A stretch of 64,000 nt of DNA, from NCBI GenBank assembly GCA_019747075.1, contig JAIERF010000023.1, positions 19,017-83,016 of the forward strand. Direction: 5' to 3'. Made by a program: the position numbers and the translations under genes. Source of the stretch: Pseudomonadaceae bacterium. GTDB lineage: Bacteria > Pseudomonadota > Gammaproteobacteria > Pseudomonadales > Pseudomonadaceae. Shown here in pieces: positions 34,737 through 46,418 of the stretch; the stretch's first letter is position 1; each line of letters begins with the position of its first letter. Under the pieces are notes generated by a model that worked only from the letters and a program-made list of their open reading frames with translations, was not told the origin of the DNA and ran no database searches.

Positions 34737-36539
34737 TTAGAACCAGGCGTCCTGCATGCCCAGGCAGGTATCGTCGCGCGCCTCGAGGATGGCCAGGTCG
34801 TGGTGGCAACTCGGCACTTCCCAGGTCAGGAAGTAGCGCGCGGCCTGCAGTTTGCCCTGGTAGAAGGCCACATCGGCCGGGTTGCCACGGGCCAGGCCTT
34901 CCTCGGCGCGGATCGCCTGTTCCAGCCAGCGCCAGCCGATGACCAAGTGGCCAAACACCTTGAGGTACAGCGCCGAGTTGGCCAGGCCCTGGTTGACCTT
35001 GCCGCTCAGCAGGTCGCCCAGCAGCGCCAGGGTGACAGTCGATACGCGCGCCAGCAGTTGTTCCAGCGGCTGACGCAGGGGGCTGAGGCTGTCGTACTGG
35101 CTGGCGCGCTGGCAGCTGCTTTGAATCAACTTGACCAGTTGCTTGAGCGCCGCACCGTTGTTCATCGACACCTTGCGTCCCAGCAGGTCGAGGGACTGGA
35201 TGCCGTGGGTGCCTTCGTGGATCGGGTTGAGGCGATTGTCGCGGTAGTACTGCTCCACCGGGTATTCGCGGGTATAGCCGTGGCCGCCGAGAATCTGGAT
35301 GGCCAGTTCGTTGGCCTTGAGGCAGAACTCCGACGGCCAGGATTTGACGATCGGGGTGAGCAGGTCCAGCAGCTCTAGGGCCGTTTTGCGCTCTGCTTCG
35401 GTTTCCAGGGTCTGGGTGTCGTCGAACAGCCGTGCGGCATATAGGCCGAGGTCGAATGAACCTTCGACATAGGCCTTCTGGGTCAGCAGCATGCGCCGCA
35501 CATCGGCGTGCTCGATGATCGCCACCTGCGGGCTGGTGGCGTCCTTGCCGTCCGGCAGGCGGCCTTGTGGGCGCTGGCGGGCGTATTCCAGGGAGTACAG
35601 GTAGCCGGCGTAGCCAAGCATCACCGCGCCCATGCCGACGCCGATGCGCGCCTCGTTCATCATCTGGAACATGTAGCTCAGGCCCGCATGGGGCTTGCCG
35701 ACCAGGTAGCCGACGCACTCGCCCTTGTCGCCGAAGTTCAGCGCCGTCGAGGTGGTGCCGCGCCAGCCCATCTTGTGGAACAGGCCCGCGAGGATCACGT
35801 CGTTGCGCGCGCCCAGGGAGCCGTCATCGTTGACCAGAAACTTGGGCACGATAAACAGGCTGATGCCCTTCACACCGGGCGGTGCGTCCGGCAGGCGGGC
35901 GAGCACCATGTGCACGATGTTTTCGCTGAGCGGGTGATCACCGCCGGAGATAAAGATCTTGTTGCCCTTGATCCGGTAGCTGCCGTCGCTGGCCGGCTCG
36001 GCCTTGGTGCGCAGGTCCGACAACGATGAACCGGCATGGGGCTCGGTCAGGGCCATGGTGCCGAAGAAGCGGCCATCGATCATCGGCTGCAGAAAACGCG
36101 CCTTTTGCTCGGCGCTGCCGAAGCTCTCGATCAGGTTGGCCGCGCCCATGGTCAGGAATGGGTACGAGGTGGTCGCCGCGTTGGCCGACTGAAAGTGTGC
36201 AAAGCAGGCCTGCGACAGCAAGTTCGGTAGCTGCATGCCGCCTACCTCAAACTCGCGGGTGGCATTCAGGAAACCGGCTTCGAGAAAGGCGTCCACCGCC
36301 GGCTTGACCTCGGGGATCAGCACCGCTGCGCCGTCCACGTACTGCGGCTCGTGCTCGTCGTTCTTGCGGTTGTGCGGGGCGAACAGGTTCTCGGCGATGC
36401 TGCGGGCCGTGCCGATGGCCGCATCGAAGGTTTCGCGGCTGTGTTCGGCAAAGCGTTCGCGCTGGGTCAGGCCTTCGGCATCCAGCACTTCATAGAGTTC
36501 GAAGGCCAGGTTACGGGAGCTGAGCAGGGTCTCGGACAT
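34737..36539 (-). CDS. Acyl-CoA dehydrogenase (PA5020-like)
   Basis: MALTEPHAGSSL, GNKIFISGGDH, HKMGWRG, QILGGHGY and IHEGTHGIQSLDL. Confidence 0.93.
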   Translation of the reverse strand: MSETLLSSRNLAFELYEVLDAEGLTQRERFAEHSRETFDAAIGTARSIAENLFAPHNRKNDEHEPQYVDGAAVLIPEVKPAVDAFLEAGFLNATREFEVGGMQLPNLLSQACFAHFQSANAATTSYPFLTMGAANLIESFGSAEQKARFLQPMIDGRFFGTMALTEPHAGSSLSDLRTKAEPASDGSYRIKGNKIFISGGDHPLSENIVHMVLARLPDAPPGVKGISLFIVPKFLVNDDGSLGARNDVILAGLFHKMGWRGTTSTALNFGDKGECVGYLVGKPHAGLSYMFQMMNEARIGVGMGAVMLGYAGYLYSLEYARQRPQGRLPDGKDATSPQVAIIEHADVRRMLLTQKAYVEGSFDLGLYAARLFDDTQTLETEAERKTALELLDLLTPIVKSWPSEFCLKANELAIQILGGHGYTREYPVEQYYRDNRLNPIHEGTHGIQSLDLLGRKVSMNNGAALKQLVKLIQSSCQRASQYDSLSPLRQPLEQLLARVSTVTLALLGDLLSGKVNQGLANSALYLKVFGHLVIGWRWLEQAIRAEEGLARGNPADVAFYQGKLQAARYFLTWEVPSCHHDLAILEARDDTCLGMQDAWF

Positions 36540-36687
36540 TGGGGCATACCTCGGTGGCGATAGGCCGAGTCTAGGGGCGAGACGGTCGGTCGCCTAGCAC
36601 CATAGGGCGCAGTGATACGGCGCCAGAACCGAATCGGCGGCAAGGTGCCCAGGCCTGTTAAACTGCCGGCCTTGCGAGGAATAAGTC

Positions 36688-37539
36688 ATGAACTACCGTC
36701 ACGCCTATCACGCCGGCAACCACGCCGATGTGCTCAAACACCTGGTGCTGTCCCGCCTGCTGGCCCTGTTGGCCAAGAAGGATGCGCCCTATGCCTATCT
36801 CGACAGCCATGCCGGCATTGGTCTGTATGACCTGCGCGGCGATCAGGCCAGCCGCACCGGCGAATGGCTGGAAGGCATTCAGCGCGTCTGGCAGGCCGAC
36901 GACGTGCCGGCGTTGTTCGATGATTACCTTGGGGTGATCCGCGCCCTCAACCCGGACGGCCAACTGCGTTACTACCCCGGCTCGCCGGAAGTGGCCCGCG
37001 AGCTGAGCCGCGAGCAGGACCGTCTGCAGCTCAATGAGAAGCACCCGGAAGACGGCCAACTGCTGAAAGCCAACATGAAGTACGACCGCCGTGTGGCCGT
37101 GCACTTGGGCGAGGGCTGGCATGTGCCGCGCGCCTTGCTGCCGACTGCGCAAAAACGCGCGGTGTTGCTGATCGACCCGCCGTTCGAGCAGGCCGACGAG
37201 CTGCAGCGTTGCGCCCAGGCCATGAAGGAAAGCATCGCGCGCATGCGCCAGGCGGTGGTGGCGATCTGGTATCCGATCAAGGACCAGCGCCAGCTCAAGC
37301 GGTTCTATCAGGACCTGCAAGGCACCGGAGCGCCCAAGCTGCTGCGGGTTGAGCTGCTGGTGCATGCCGCCGACAACGCCGATGTTGGCCTGAACGGTTC
37401 CGGCCTGGCCATCGCCAACCCGCCTTGGGGTCTGGAAGACGAGCTGCGTTCGGTATTGCCGTGGCTCGGCCAGAACCTCGGCCAGACTCAGGGCGGCTGG
37501 AAGTTGGACTGGCTGATCGAAGAACAGCTCGCCGGCTGA
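36688..37539 (+). CDS. rlmJ: 23S rRNA m6A2030 methyltransferase
   Basis: MNYRHAYHAGNHADVLKH, DSHAG, YPGSP and DPPFE. Confidence 0.96.
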   Translation: MNYRHAYHAGNHADVLKHLVLSRLLALLAKKDAPYAYLDSHAGIGLYDLRGDQASRTGEWLEGIQRVWQADDVPALFDDYLGVIRALNPDGQLRYYPGSPEVARELSREQDRLQLNEKHPEDGQLLKANMKYDRRVAVHLGEGWHVPRALLPTAQKRAVLLIDPPFEQADELQRCAQAMKESIARMRQAVVAIWYPIKDQRQLKRFYQDLQGTGAPKLLRVELLVHAADNADVGLNGSGLAIANPPWGLEDELRSVLPWLGQNLGQTQGGWKLDWLIEEQLAG

Positions 37540-37561
37540 TGGTGGCTGTGCCGGCGGGTGC

Positions 37562-38209
37562 TTACGCCGGCAGGCACACCCCGGTGCCGCCCAGGCCGCA
37601 GTAGCCGCCGGGGTTCTTGGCCAGGTATTGCTGGTGATAGGCCTCGGCGTAGTAGAAGGCCGGCGCAGCGGCGATTTCTGTGGTGATCGGGCCCAGGCCG
37701 GCTGCCGTCAGCGCCTGTTGAAAGGCCTCCTGGCTGGCCAGGGCGGCGCTCAGCTGGTCGCTGCCGTGGCAATAGATGGCCGAGCGGTACTGGGTGCCAC
37801 TGTCGTTGCCCTGACGCATGCCCTGGGTCGGGTTGTGCGCTTCCCAGAAGACTTTTAGCAGCGCCGCATAGTCGGTGACCTGCGGATCGAACACCACTAG
37901 CACCACCTCGGTATGGCCGGTGAGCCCGGAGCAGACTTCCTCGTAGGTCGGGTTGGGCGTATGCCCACCGGCATAACCAACGGCCGTGCTGTAGACCCCC
38001 GGCTGCTGCCAGAAGCGCCGCTCGGCACCCCAGAAACAGCCCATGGCAAACACCGCCTGTTGCAGGCCCGCCGGGAACGGCGGCTGCAATGGATGGCTGT
38101 TAACGGCATGGTGGGCCGGCACTGCGACGGCGCTGTCACGCCCCGGTAGTGCCTGTTCGGCACTTGGCAGTTGCTGTTTATGCACGAGAATCTGCGAGCG
38201 CAAGACCAT
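37562..38209 (-). CDS. msrA: Peptide-methionine (S)-S-oxide reductase
   Basis: GCFWG active site, [14 protein letters not shown] and AEAYHQQYL. Confidence 0.97.
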   Translation of the reverse strand: MVLRSQILVHKQQLPSAEQALPGRDSAVAVPAHHAVNSHPLQPPFPAGLQQAVFAMGCFWGAERRFWQQPGVYSTAVGYAGGHTPNPTYEEVCSGLTGHTEVVLVVFDPQVTDYAALLKVFWEAHNPTQGMRQGNDSGTQYRSAIYCHGSDQLSAALASQEAFQQALTAAGLGPITTEIAAAPAFYYAEAYHQQYLAKNPGGYCGLGGTGVCLPA

Positions 38210-38299
38210 GGGGATTCCTCAAGGGTGGGCCCTGTATCAGGGCCGCGGTACAGAGTAGACCGCGTCAGCGCCGTGACGTTACCGGTTGGCAGGTGGTTT

Positions 38300-41008
38300 T
38301 TAAACGGTGGGCTTACTGGGCGCGGCGGCGGGGTAGCGGCGCAGGCGCTGGATCAGTTCGCGGCCGGCAATCGGCCGGTCGAACAGGTAGCCCTGGCCGA
38401 TATCGCAGTGCTGGCGGCGCAGGAAGGCGACCTGGGCGGTGGTCTCGATGCCTTCGGCGACCACTTTGAGTTTCAGCTTGTGGGCCATGGCGATCACCGC
38501 CGAGGTGATCTCCATGTCGTCCTGGTTGTCGGGGATGTCCTTGATAAAGCTGCGATCGATCTTGATCACATCGATGGGGAATTTCTTCAGGTAGCTGAGG
38601 GACGAGTAGCCAGTGCCGAAGTCGTCCATGGCCAGGCTCAGGCCCAGGGCCTTGAGGTCGTCCAGTTGTTGGCGGGTAGCCTCGCTGGCTTCCAGCAGCA
38701 GGCTTTCGGTCAGCTCCAGCTCCAGCAGGTGAGCGGGCAGGTCTTCTTCGCTGAGGATGTCGCGAATCGACTGCACCAGCTCCGGGTCGGAGAACTGCTT
38801 GGGTGACAGGTTGATGGCGATCGGGCATTCGCCGAGGCCGACGGCGAGCAGCTGTTTGCTCATGCGGCATGCCTGGCGCGCCACCCATTTGCCGATTGGA
38901 ATGATCAGCCCGGTTTCTTCCGCCACGCTGATGAACTGGTCGGGGTAGATCATCCCGCGCTCGGGATGGCTCCAACGCAGCAGCGCTTCGAGGCCTTGCA
39001 GCTGGCCGTTTTTCAGGCTCAGTTTGGGCTGGTAGTAAACCTCCAGCTCGTTCTGCATCAGGGCGCGGCGCAGGTTGTTTTCCACGAACAGGCGATAGTT
39101 GGCCTCGGCGTTCAGGGCTTCGTTGAACACCTGCACCTGTTGCTTGCCGTTGGCCTTGGCCTTGTGCAGGGCCAGGCCTGCGCTTTTCAGCAGGGCTTGC
39201 GGGTCGTTGCCATGGGCCGGCGCGCAGGCCAGGCCGACCGAGCCGCTGACGTTGATCAGCTGGTTGTCGACAAACAGCGGCTTGCTCAGGGTTAGCAGTA
39301 CCTGCTCGGCCAGGCGCAGGCCCTCGGCCTGATCGACGCCGTCGAGCTGCACGGCGAACTCGTTGCTGGCCAGGCGCGCCAGAGTGCCGGTCGGGCTCAG
39401 GGTGTTGCGCAGGCGCAGGGCCAGGCTGACCAGCAGTTTGTCGCCGGTGGTGTGGCCAAGGCTGTCGTTGATCCGCTTGAAGTTGTCGATGTCGACCAGC
39501 AGCAGGCTCAGGGGCGCGCTGCTCTGCTGTTCAAAGTGCTGTTCCAGGCCGCGGATAAAGGCCAGGCGGTTGCCCAGGCCGGTGAGGCTGTCGCGAAAGG
39601 CCAGGCGCTCGATGCGTTGCTGGGCGCGCTTGCTCTCGCTGATGTCTTCGTAGATGCCAATGTAGTGGGTCAGCTCGCCGTTTTCGCCATGCACTTTGGA
39701 GATCGACAGCTGGCCCCAGTAGGGGTCGAAGTTCTTCCGCCGGCTCTTGAATTCGCCCTGCCAGCTGTTGCTGTGGCCGAGGCTGGATTGCGCATCGAAG
39801 AGCAGGTCGGCGAGGTTCTCCAGTGCCGGCAGGTCGGCCATCCGCTGGCCGCAGACTTCCTCGGCGCTGTACAGGGTGATGGCGGTAAAGCTCGGGTTGA
39901 CGTACTCCACCCGGCCGTCGCGGTCGATCAGCAGAAAGGCGCTGGCGCTTTGCTCGACCGCGCGCTGGAACAGGTGCAGGGCGCTGGTGGCGGTGCGCCG
40001 TTGCTGGTTGATCATGACTTGGGCGAACTGGTCGGCCAGCTCGCCGGCAAAGGCGATTTCATCGGCCTGCCAGGTGCGCAGGCCGTCGGTGTGTTCCAGG
40101 CAGAGCACGCCGACCATGTCGCCGTTGACGCGGATGCTGGCGTCGAGCAGCGCCTGAATGCCCATGGGCTGCAGGTAATGGCTGCTCAGCTCATGGGTGC
40201 GCGGGTCCTGCTGGGCGTTGTCGGCATCGATGGCGCGGCTGCTCTGCAGGGCTTCCAGGTAAACCGGAAACTGGCTGGTCTCGATGGCGGCCAGGCTGTC
40301 GTATTGGTCGAGGTCGCGGCGATACAGGGCCAGCGCCTGCAAATGTTCGCCCTGCAACAGCCAGATGCCGGCACGAGCCACGCCGTAAGCCTCGCAGGCT
40401 GCCTGGGTGATCAGTTCGGCGGCTTCTTGCAGCGGGTTGCCCGAGGCATAGCGATGGCGCGCCAGGCGCACGATCAGGCTCTGCTGGGTACGCGAGCGCA
40501 GCAGGTGTTGCAGGTGGTCTTCCTGGGCGTCCTGAAACAGTTCCAGGGACGTTTGCAGGCGGCTGTTCTGCGCTTGCAGTTCACTCAGTTGGGCGCTGTC
40601 CTGAGGCTCTGCCGGGCGTTGATCGACCAGCAGATAGCCACGCAGTAAGGGCCGCTGGCGCTGCTGGAAGCGTTCGCCAAACTCCAGGATCGGCAACGGG
40701 CCAAGCTCGGTGTGCAGGGTGTAACGGACTTGATAGTGGGGTGCGCTGCTCAGCTGCTGCTGGATCTGGCTGTGCAGTTGATAGCGCGCCTGGGGTTCCA
40801 TCAGGCTGGCATAGGGCGAGCCGATCAGGGCGCAGAGTTCGGTGGCCGGCTGGCCCAGGGCCTGCACGCAGGCAGGGTCCAGATACAGCAAGGCCCAACT
40901 GGCTTCGTCCAGCCGCTCGAAACGCAATAGTCCCAGCTTGCCGGGGACTGGCAACTGGGTCACAACCTCGACCGCCGGACGGCTGGCGGTATCGGTATGG
41001 ATTTTCAT
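38300..41008 (-). CDS. dipA: c-di-GMP phosphodiesterase DipA (PAS-GAF-PAS-degenerate GGDEF-EAL)
   Basis: GGDEF degenerated to ASNEF; intact EAL (LEALLRW, ELELTES, DDFGTGYSSLSYL). Located between msrA and aceF. Confidence 0.9.
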   Translation of the reverse strand: MKIHTDTASRPAVEVVTQLPVPGKLGLLRFERLDEASWALLYLDPACVQALGQPATELCALIGSPYASLMEPQARYQLHSQIQQQLSSAPHYQVRYTLHTELGPLPILEFGERFQQRQRPLLRGYLLVDQRPAEPQDSAQLSELQAQNSRLQTSLELFQDAQEDHLQHLLRSRTQQSLIVRLARHRYASGNPLQEAAELITQAACEAYGVARAGIWLLQGEHLQALALYRRDLDQYDSLAAIETSQFPVYLEALQSSRAIDADNAQQDPRTHELSSHYLQPMGIQALLDASIRVNGDMVGVLCLEHTDGLRTWQADEIAFAGELADQFAQVMINQQRRTATSALHLFQRAVEQSASAFLLIDRDGRVEYVNPSFTAITLYSAEEVCGQRMADLPALENLADLLFDAQSSLGHSNSWQGEFKSRRKNFDPYWGQLSISKVHGENGELTHYIGIYEDISESKRAQQRIERLAFRDSLTGLGNRLAFIRGLEQHFEQQSSAPLSLLLVDIDNFKRINDSLGHTTGDKLLVSLALRLRNTLSPTGTLARLASNEFAVQLDGVDQAEGLRLAEQVLLTLSKPLFVDNQLINVSGSVGLACAPAHGNDPQALLKSAGLALHKAKANGKQQVQVFNEALNAEANYRLFVENNLRRALMQNELEVYYQPKLSLKNGQLQGLEALLRWSHPERGMIYPDQFISVAEETGLIIPIGKWVARQACRMSKQLLAVGLGECPIAINLSPKQFSDPELVQSIRDILSEEDLPAHLLELELTESLLLEASEATRQQLDDLKALGLSLAMDDFGTGYSSLSYLKKFPIDVIKIDRSFIKDIPDNQDDMEITSAVIAMAHKLKLKVVAEGIETTAQVAFLRRQHCDIGQGYLFDRPIAGRELIQRLRRYPAAAPSKPTV

Positions 41009-41244
41009 CGGACGACTCGCTTCAAGTATGCTGACCGAGTTGGGGGCGGGAGCCTGGCGGACTTGACCGTTCGTTGCGAGGGGAAGCTCGGGTTGCGTCA
41101 GTTTTGCTGATCTTTCGAGGCGAATAGCGCGCTATTGAACGAGAAAGATCAGCAAAAATGGCCAAGTCGGCTTTTCCGCAGTAGAACAGCGTTAAGTTCG
41201 ACAGGCTCCGAAACCCACCTCTTTTTAGCGCTGCGCAAGGGTGC

Positions 41245-41781
41245 ATGATGCGGATCAGACTGACAAGGCAACTGAGCGGGATAATCTTCATGGGGTTGTT
41301 CGGCAGTGCCGTGGCGGCAGCGCCCGCCCAGGAGTCGGGCAATGGCCTGAGCGGCAGCGAACAGGCCCGCTATCTGGCCGGCATCCAGAACCTGTACCTG
41401 GCCAAGAGTGAGCGCGCCGCCTTGTTGGAACACTGCAACCAGCTGCTGCAGACCTACGCCTTGCGTGCAGGCTATCAGGTGGGACAGGCCGCGCCGCGGG
41501 ATCTGCTTTATCAGCTGAGCCTCGGCGGGCCGGGCGAATTGTTGCTGCGCGAAGAGTCCCGTGGGCAGCAGGGTACCGACGTCAGCGTGCGTAACCGCAG
41601 CCTGTCGGTGTTTGGTCTGGACCCGTATATCCGTTATGACTGCCCCCTCAGCGGCATTCGCTGTGTGCTGCACAATCCGGCCGACGGCACGCCGCTGCTC
41701 AGCGTGCTGCGCGACCAGCAAGGCGCCGAGGAACTGGCCAAGGCGTTGTCGTTTTTGCTGCGCAATCTGCAGCAGAACTGA
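41245..41781 (+). CDS. Hypothetical exported protein
   Basis: 178-aa ORF with host-like codon usage, a Sec-type signal (IIFMGLFGSAVAA-A) and a downstream terminator. Confidence 0.72.
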   Translation: MMRIRLTRQLSGIIFMGLFGSAVAAAPAQESGNGLSGSEQARYLAGIQNLYLAKSERAALLEHCNQLLQTYALRAGYQVGQAAPRDLLYQLSLGGPGELLLREESRGQQGTDVSVRNRSLSVFGLDPYIRYDCPLSGIRCVLHNPADGTPLLSVLRDQQGAEELAKALSFLLRNLQQN

Positions 41782-41788
41782 CTCATAC

Positions 41789-41815
41789 AAAACGCCCCGC
41801 GCAAGGCGGGGCGTT
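41789..41815. terminator. Terminator between the convergent hypothetical gene and aceF
   Basis: AACGCCCCGC-gcaag-GCGGGGCGTT with an A-run on the left. Confidence 0.75.
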
Positions 41816-41850
41816 CGGTTGCGCAGGTGCGGGCCAAAAGCCCGCCAGCC

Positions 41851-43506
41851 TTACAGCAGCAACGTACGGATATCCCCCAGCACTTCCCCCAGACGCTTGG
41901 TAAAGCGTGCAGCGGCGGCGCCGTTGATGACCCGGTGGTCGTAGGACAGCGACAGCGGCAGCATCAGTTTCGGCTGGAACGCCTGACCATCCCAGACTGG
42001 CTGGATGGTTGCCTTGCTGACCCCGAGGATCGCCACTTCCGGCGCGTTGACGATCGGCGTGAAGCCGGTGCCGCCAATGTGGCCGAGGCTGGAGATGGTG
42101 AAGCAGGCGCCTTGCATGTCGTCTGCCGAGAGCTTCTTGGTCCGGGCTTTTTCCGCCAGGGCCGCCGCTTCCGCGGCCAGTTGCAGCAGGCTCTTCTGCT
42201 CGACGTTTTTCAGCACTGGCACCAGCAGGCCATCCGGCGTATCGACCGCGAAGCCGATGTGCACGTACTTCTTGCGGATCAGCGCCTTGCCCGAAGGCGC
42301 CAGTGAACTGTTGAAGTCCGGCAGCTCCTTGAGCAGGTGGGCGCAGGCCTTGAGCAGCAGCGGCAAGACGGTCAACTTGACCCCGGCTTTTTCCGCCGCG
42401 CCTTTTTGCGCGATGCGGAAGGCTTCCAGTTCGGTGATATCGGCCGAATCGAACTGGGTCACGTGGGGCACGTTGAGCCAGCTGCGGTGCAGGTTGCTGG
42501 CGCCGACCTGCATCAGGCGAGTCATCGGCACTTCTTCAACGGCACCGAACTTGCTGAAATCCACCTCAGGAATCGGCGGAATACCGCTGCCACCGGTGAC
42601 GCCGGCCGCCGGTGCGGCCTTGGCTTTTTGCAGCTGCTGTTTGACGAACAGTTGCACGTCTTCTTTGAGGATGCGCCCGTGCGGGCCGCTGGCGCTGACG
42701 GCGTTTAGCTCCACACCAAACTCACGGGCCAGCTGACGTACTGCAGGGCCGGCGTGCACCTTGCTGCTGTCACGGCTCGGTGCGGTGACGTTGGCGGCAG
42801 CCGCCGACAGGGCGGCAATTGCACTGACTTCAGCGGCGACCGCTGGAGCCGCGCTTGGCGGCGTGCTGTGGCTTGCTGCTGGCGCCGACGGTGCAGCAGC
42901 GGCAGCGACAGGTGCGGCGGCACTGACTACGCGCAGTTTGAGGATCGGGTCGCCGGTGCCGACTTCGTCGTCCAGCTTGACGCTCAGGCTCTCCACCACA
43001 CCGGCGGCCGGCGAGGGGATTTCCATGCTGGCCTTGTCCGATTCCAGCACCAGCAGCGACTGGTCGGCCTCGACCGTATCGCCAACCTTGACCAGCAGTT
43101 CGATGATCTTGGCTTTACCGGAGGAGCCGATATCCGGCACCGCGACGTCCTGCACCGACGCGCTGGCCACCACCGGGGCGGCTGCAGGTGCGGGGGCTGC
43201 TGCGACCGGCGCTGCGGGGGCTGCGGCTTCAGGTGCGGCGGCTGCAGCACTGGCGGCTGGGGCGGCGCTGTCGCCGTCCACGTCCAGCTCCAGCAATTCG
43301 TCGCCTTCCTTCAGGCGGTCGCCCAGTTTGACTTTCAGGCTCTTGATCACCCCGGCCTTGGGCGCCGGAATCTCCATGCTGGCCTTGTCCGATTCCAGGG
43401 TCAGCAGGCTCTGGTCGGCCTCGATGCGATCACCGACCTTGACCAGCAGTTCAATCACTTCACCCTCACCGTTGCCGATATCGGGTACGCGAATCAACTC
43501 ACTCAT
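41851..43506 (-). CDS. aceF: Pyruvate dehydrogenase E2, dihydrolipoyl acetyltransferase
   Basis: Two lipoyl domains (LESDKASMEIP), E3-binding HAGPAVR and catalytic SYDHRVING. Confidence 0.97.
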   Translation of the reverse strand: MSELIRVPDIGNGEGEVIELLVKVGDRIEADQSLLTLESDKASMEIPAPKAGVIKSLKVKLGDRLKEGDELLELDVDGDSAAPAASAAAAAPEAAAPAAPVAAAPAPAAAPVVASASVQDVAVPDIGSSGKAKIIELLVKVGDTVEADQSLLVLESDKASMEIPSPAAGVVESLSVKLDDEVGTGDPILKLRVVSAAAPVAAAAAPSAPAASHSTPPSAAPAVAAEVSAIAALSAAAANVTAPSRDSSKVHAGPAVRQLAREFGVELNAVSASGPHGRILKEDVQLFVKQQLQKAKAAPAAGVTGGSGIPPIPEVDFSKFGAVEEVPMTRLMQVGASNLHRSWLNVPHVTQFDSADITELEAFRIAQKGAAEKAGVKLTVLPLLLKACAHLLKELPDFNSSLAPSGKALIRKKYVHIGFAVDTPDGLLVPVLKNVEQKSLLQLAAEAAALAEKARTKKLSADDMQGACFTISSLGHIGGTGFTPIVNAPEVAILGVSKATIQPVWDGQAFQPKLMLPLSLSYDHRVINGAAAARFTKRLGEVLGDIRTLLL

Positions 43507-43517
43507 TTCTTCGCTCC

Positions 43518-46163
<2,646 letters not shown>

Positions 46164-46272
46164 GGCTTGCTCCAGGGCTCAAAGGCTTCCAGAATCGGAG
46201 GCCTGGGTTCGCAGCAGGCCTTGTGGGCCGTGCGCGTAAATTCTTGGGTGTGCCGGAGGATGAACCGGCTTT

Positions 46273-46339
46273 TGTAGTTTTACTACATTGCGACGGTCAT
46301 TTCAGCTCTTTTGGCACATTCTTTAGTAGTAAAACTACA
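46273..46339. promoter_or_regulatory. Two 15-bp pseudo-palindromic operators (RccR/HexR-type) upstream of aceE
   Basis: TGTAGTTTTACTACA (46273-46287) and AGTAGTAAAACTACA (46325-46339), inverted copies of each other. Confidence 0.7.
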
Positions 46340-46418
46340 AAAAAGCGTCAGGTAATTGCGCGCCCGCGCGACCTGCTTGCCGCCACTTGTTCTGGCGCTC
46401 TCGCCAAAAGGATAGACC

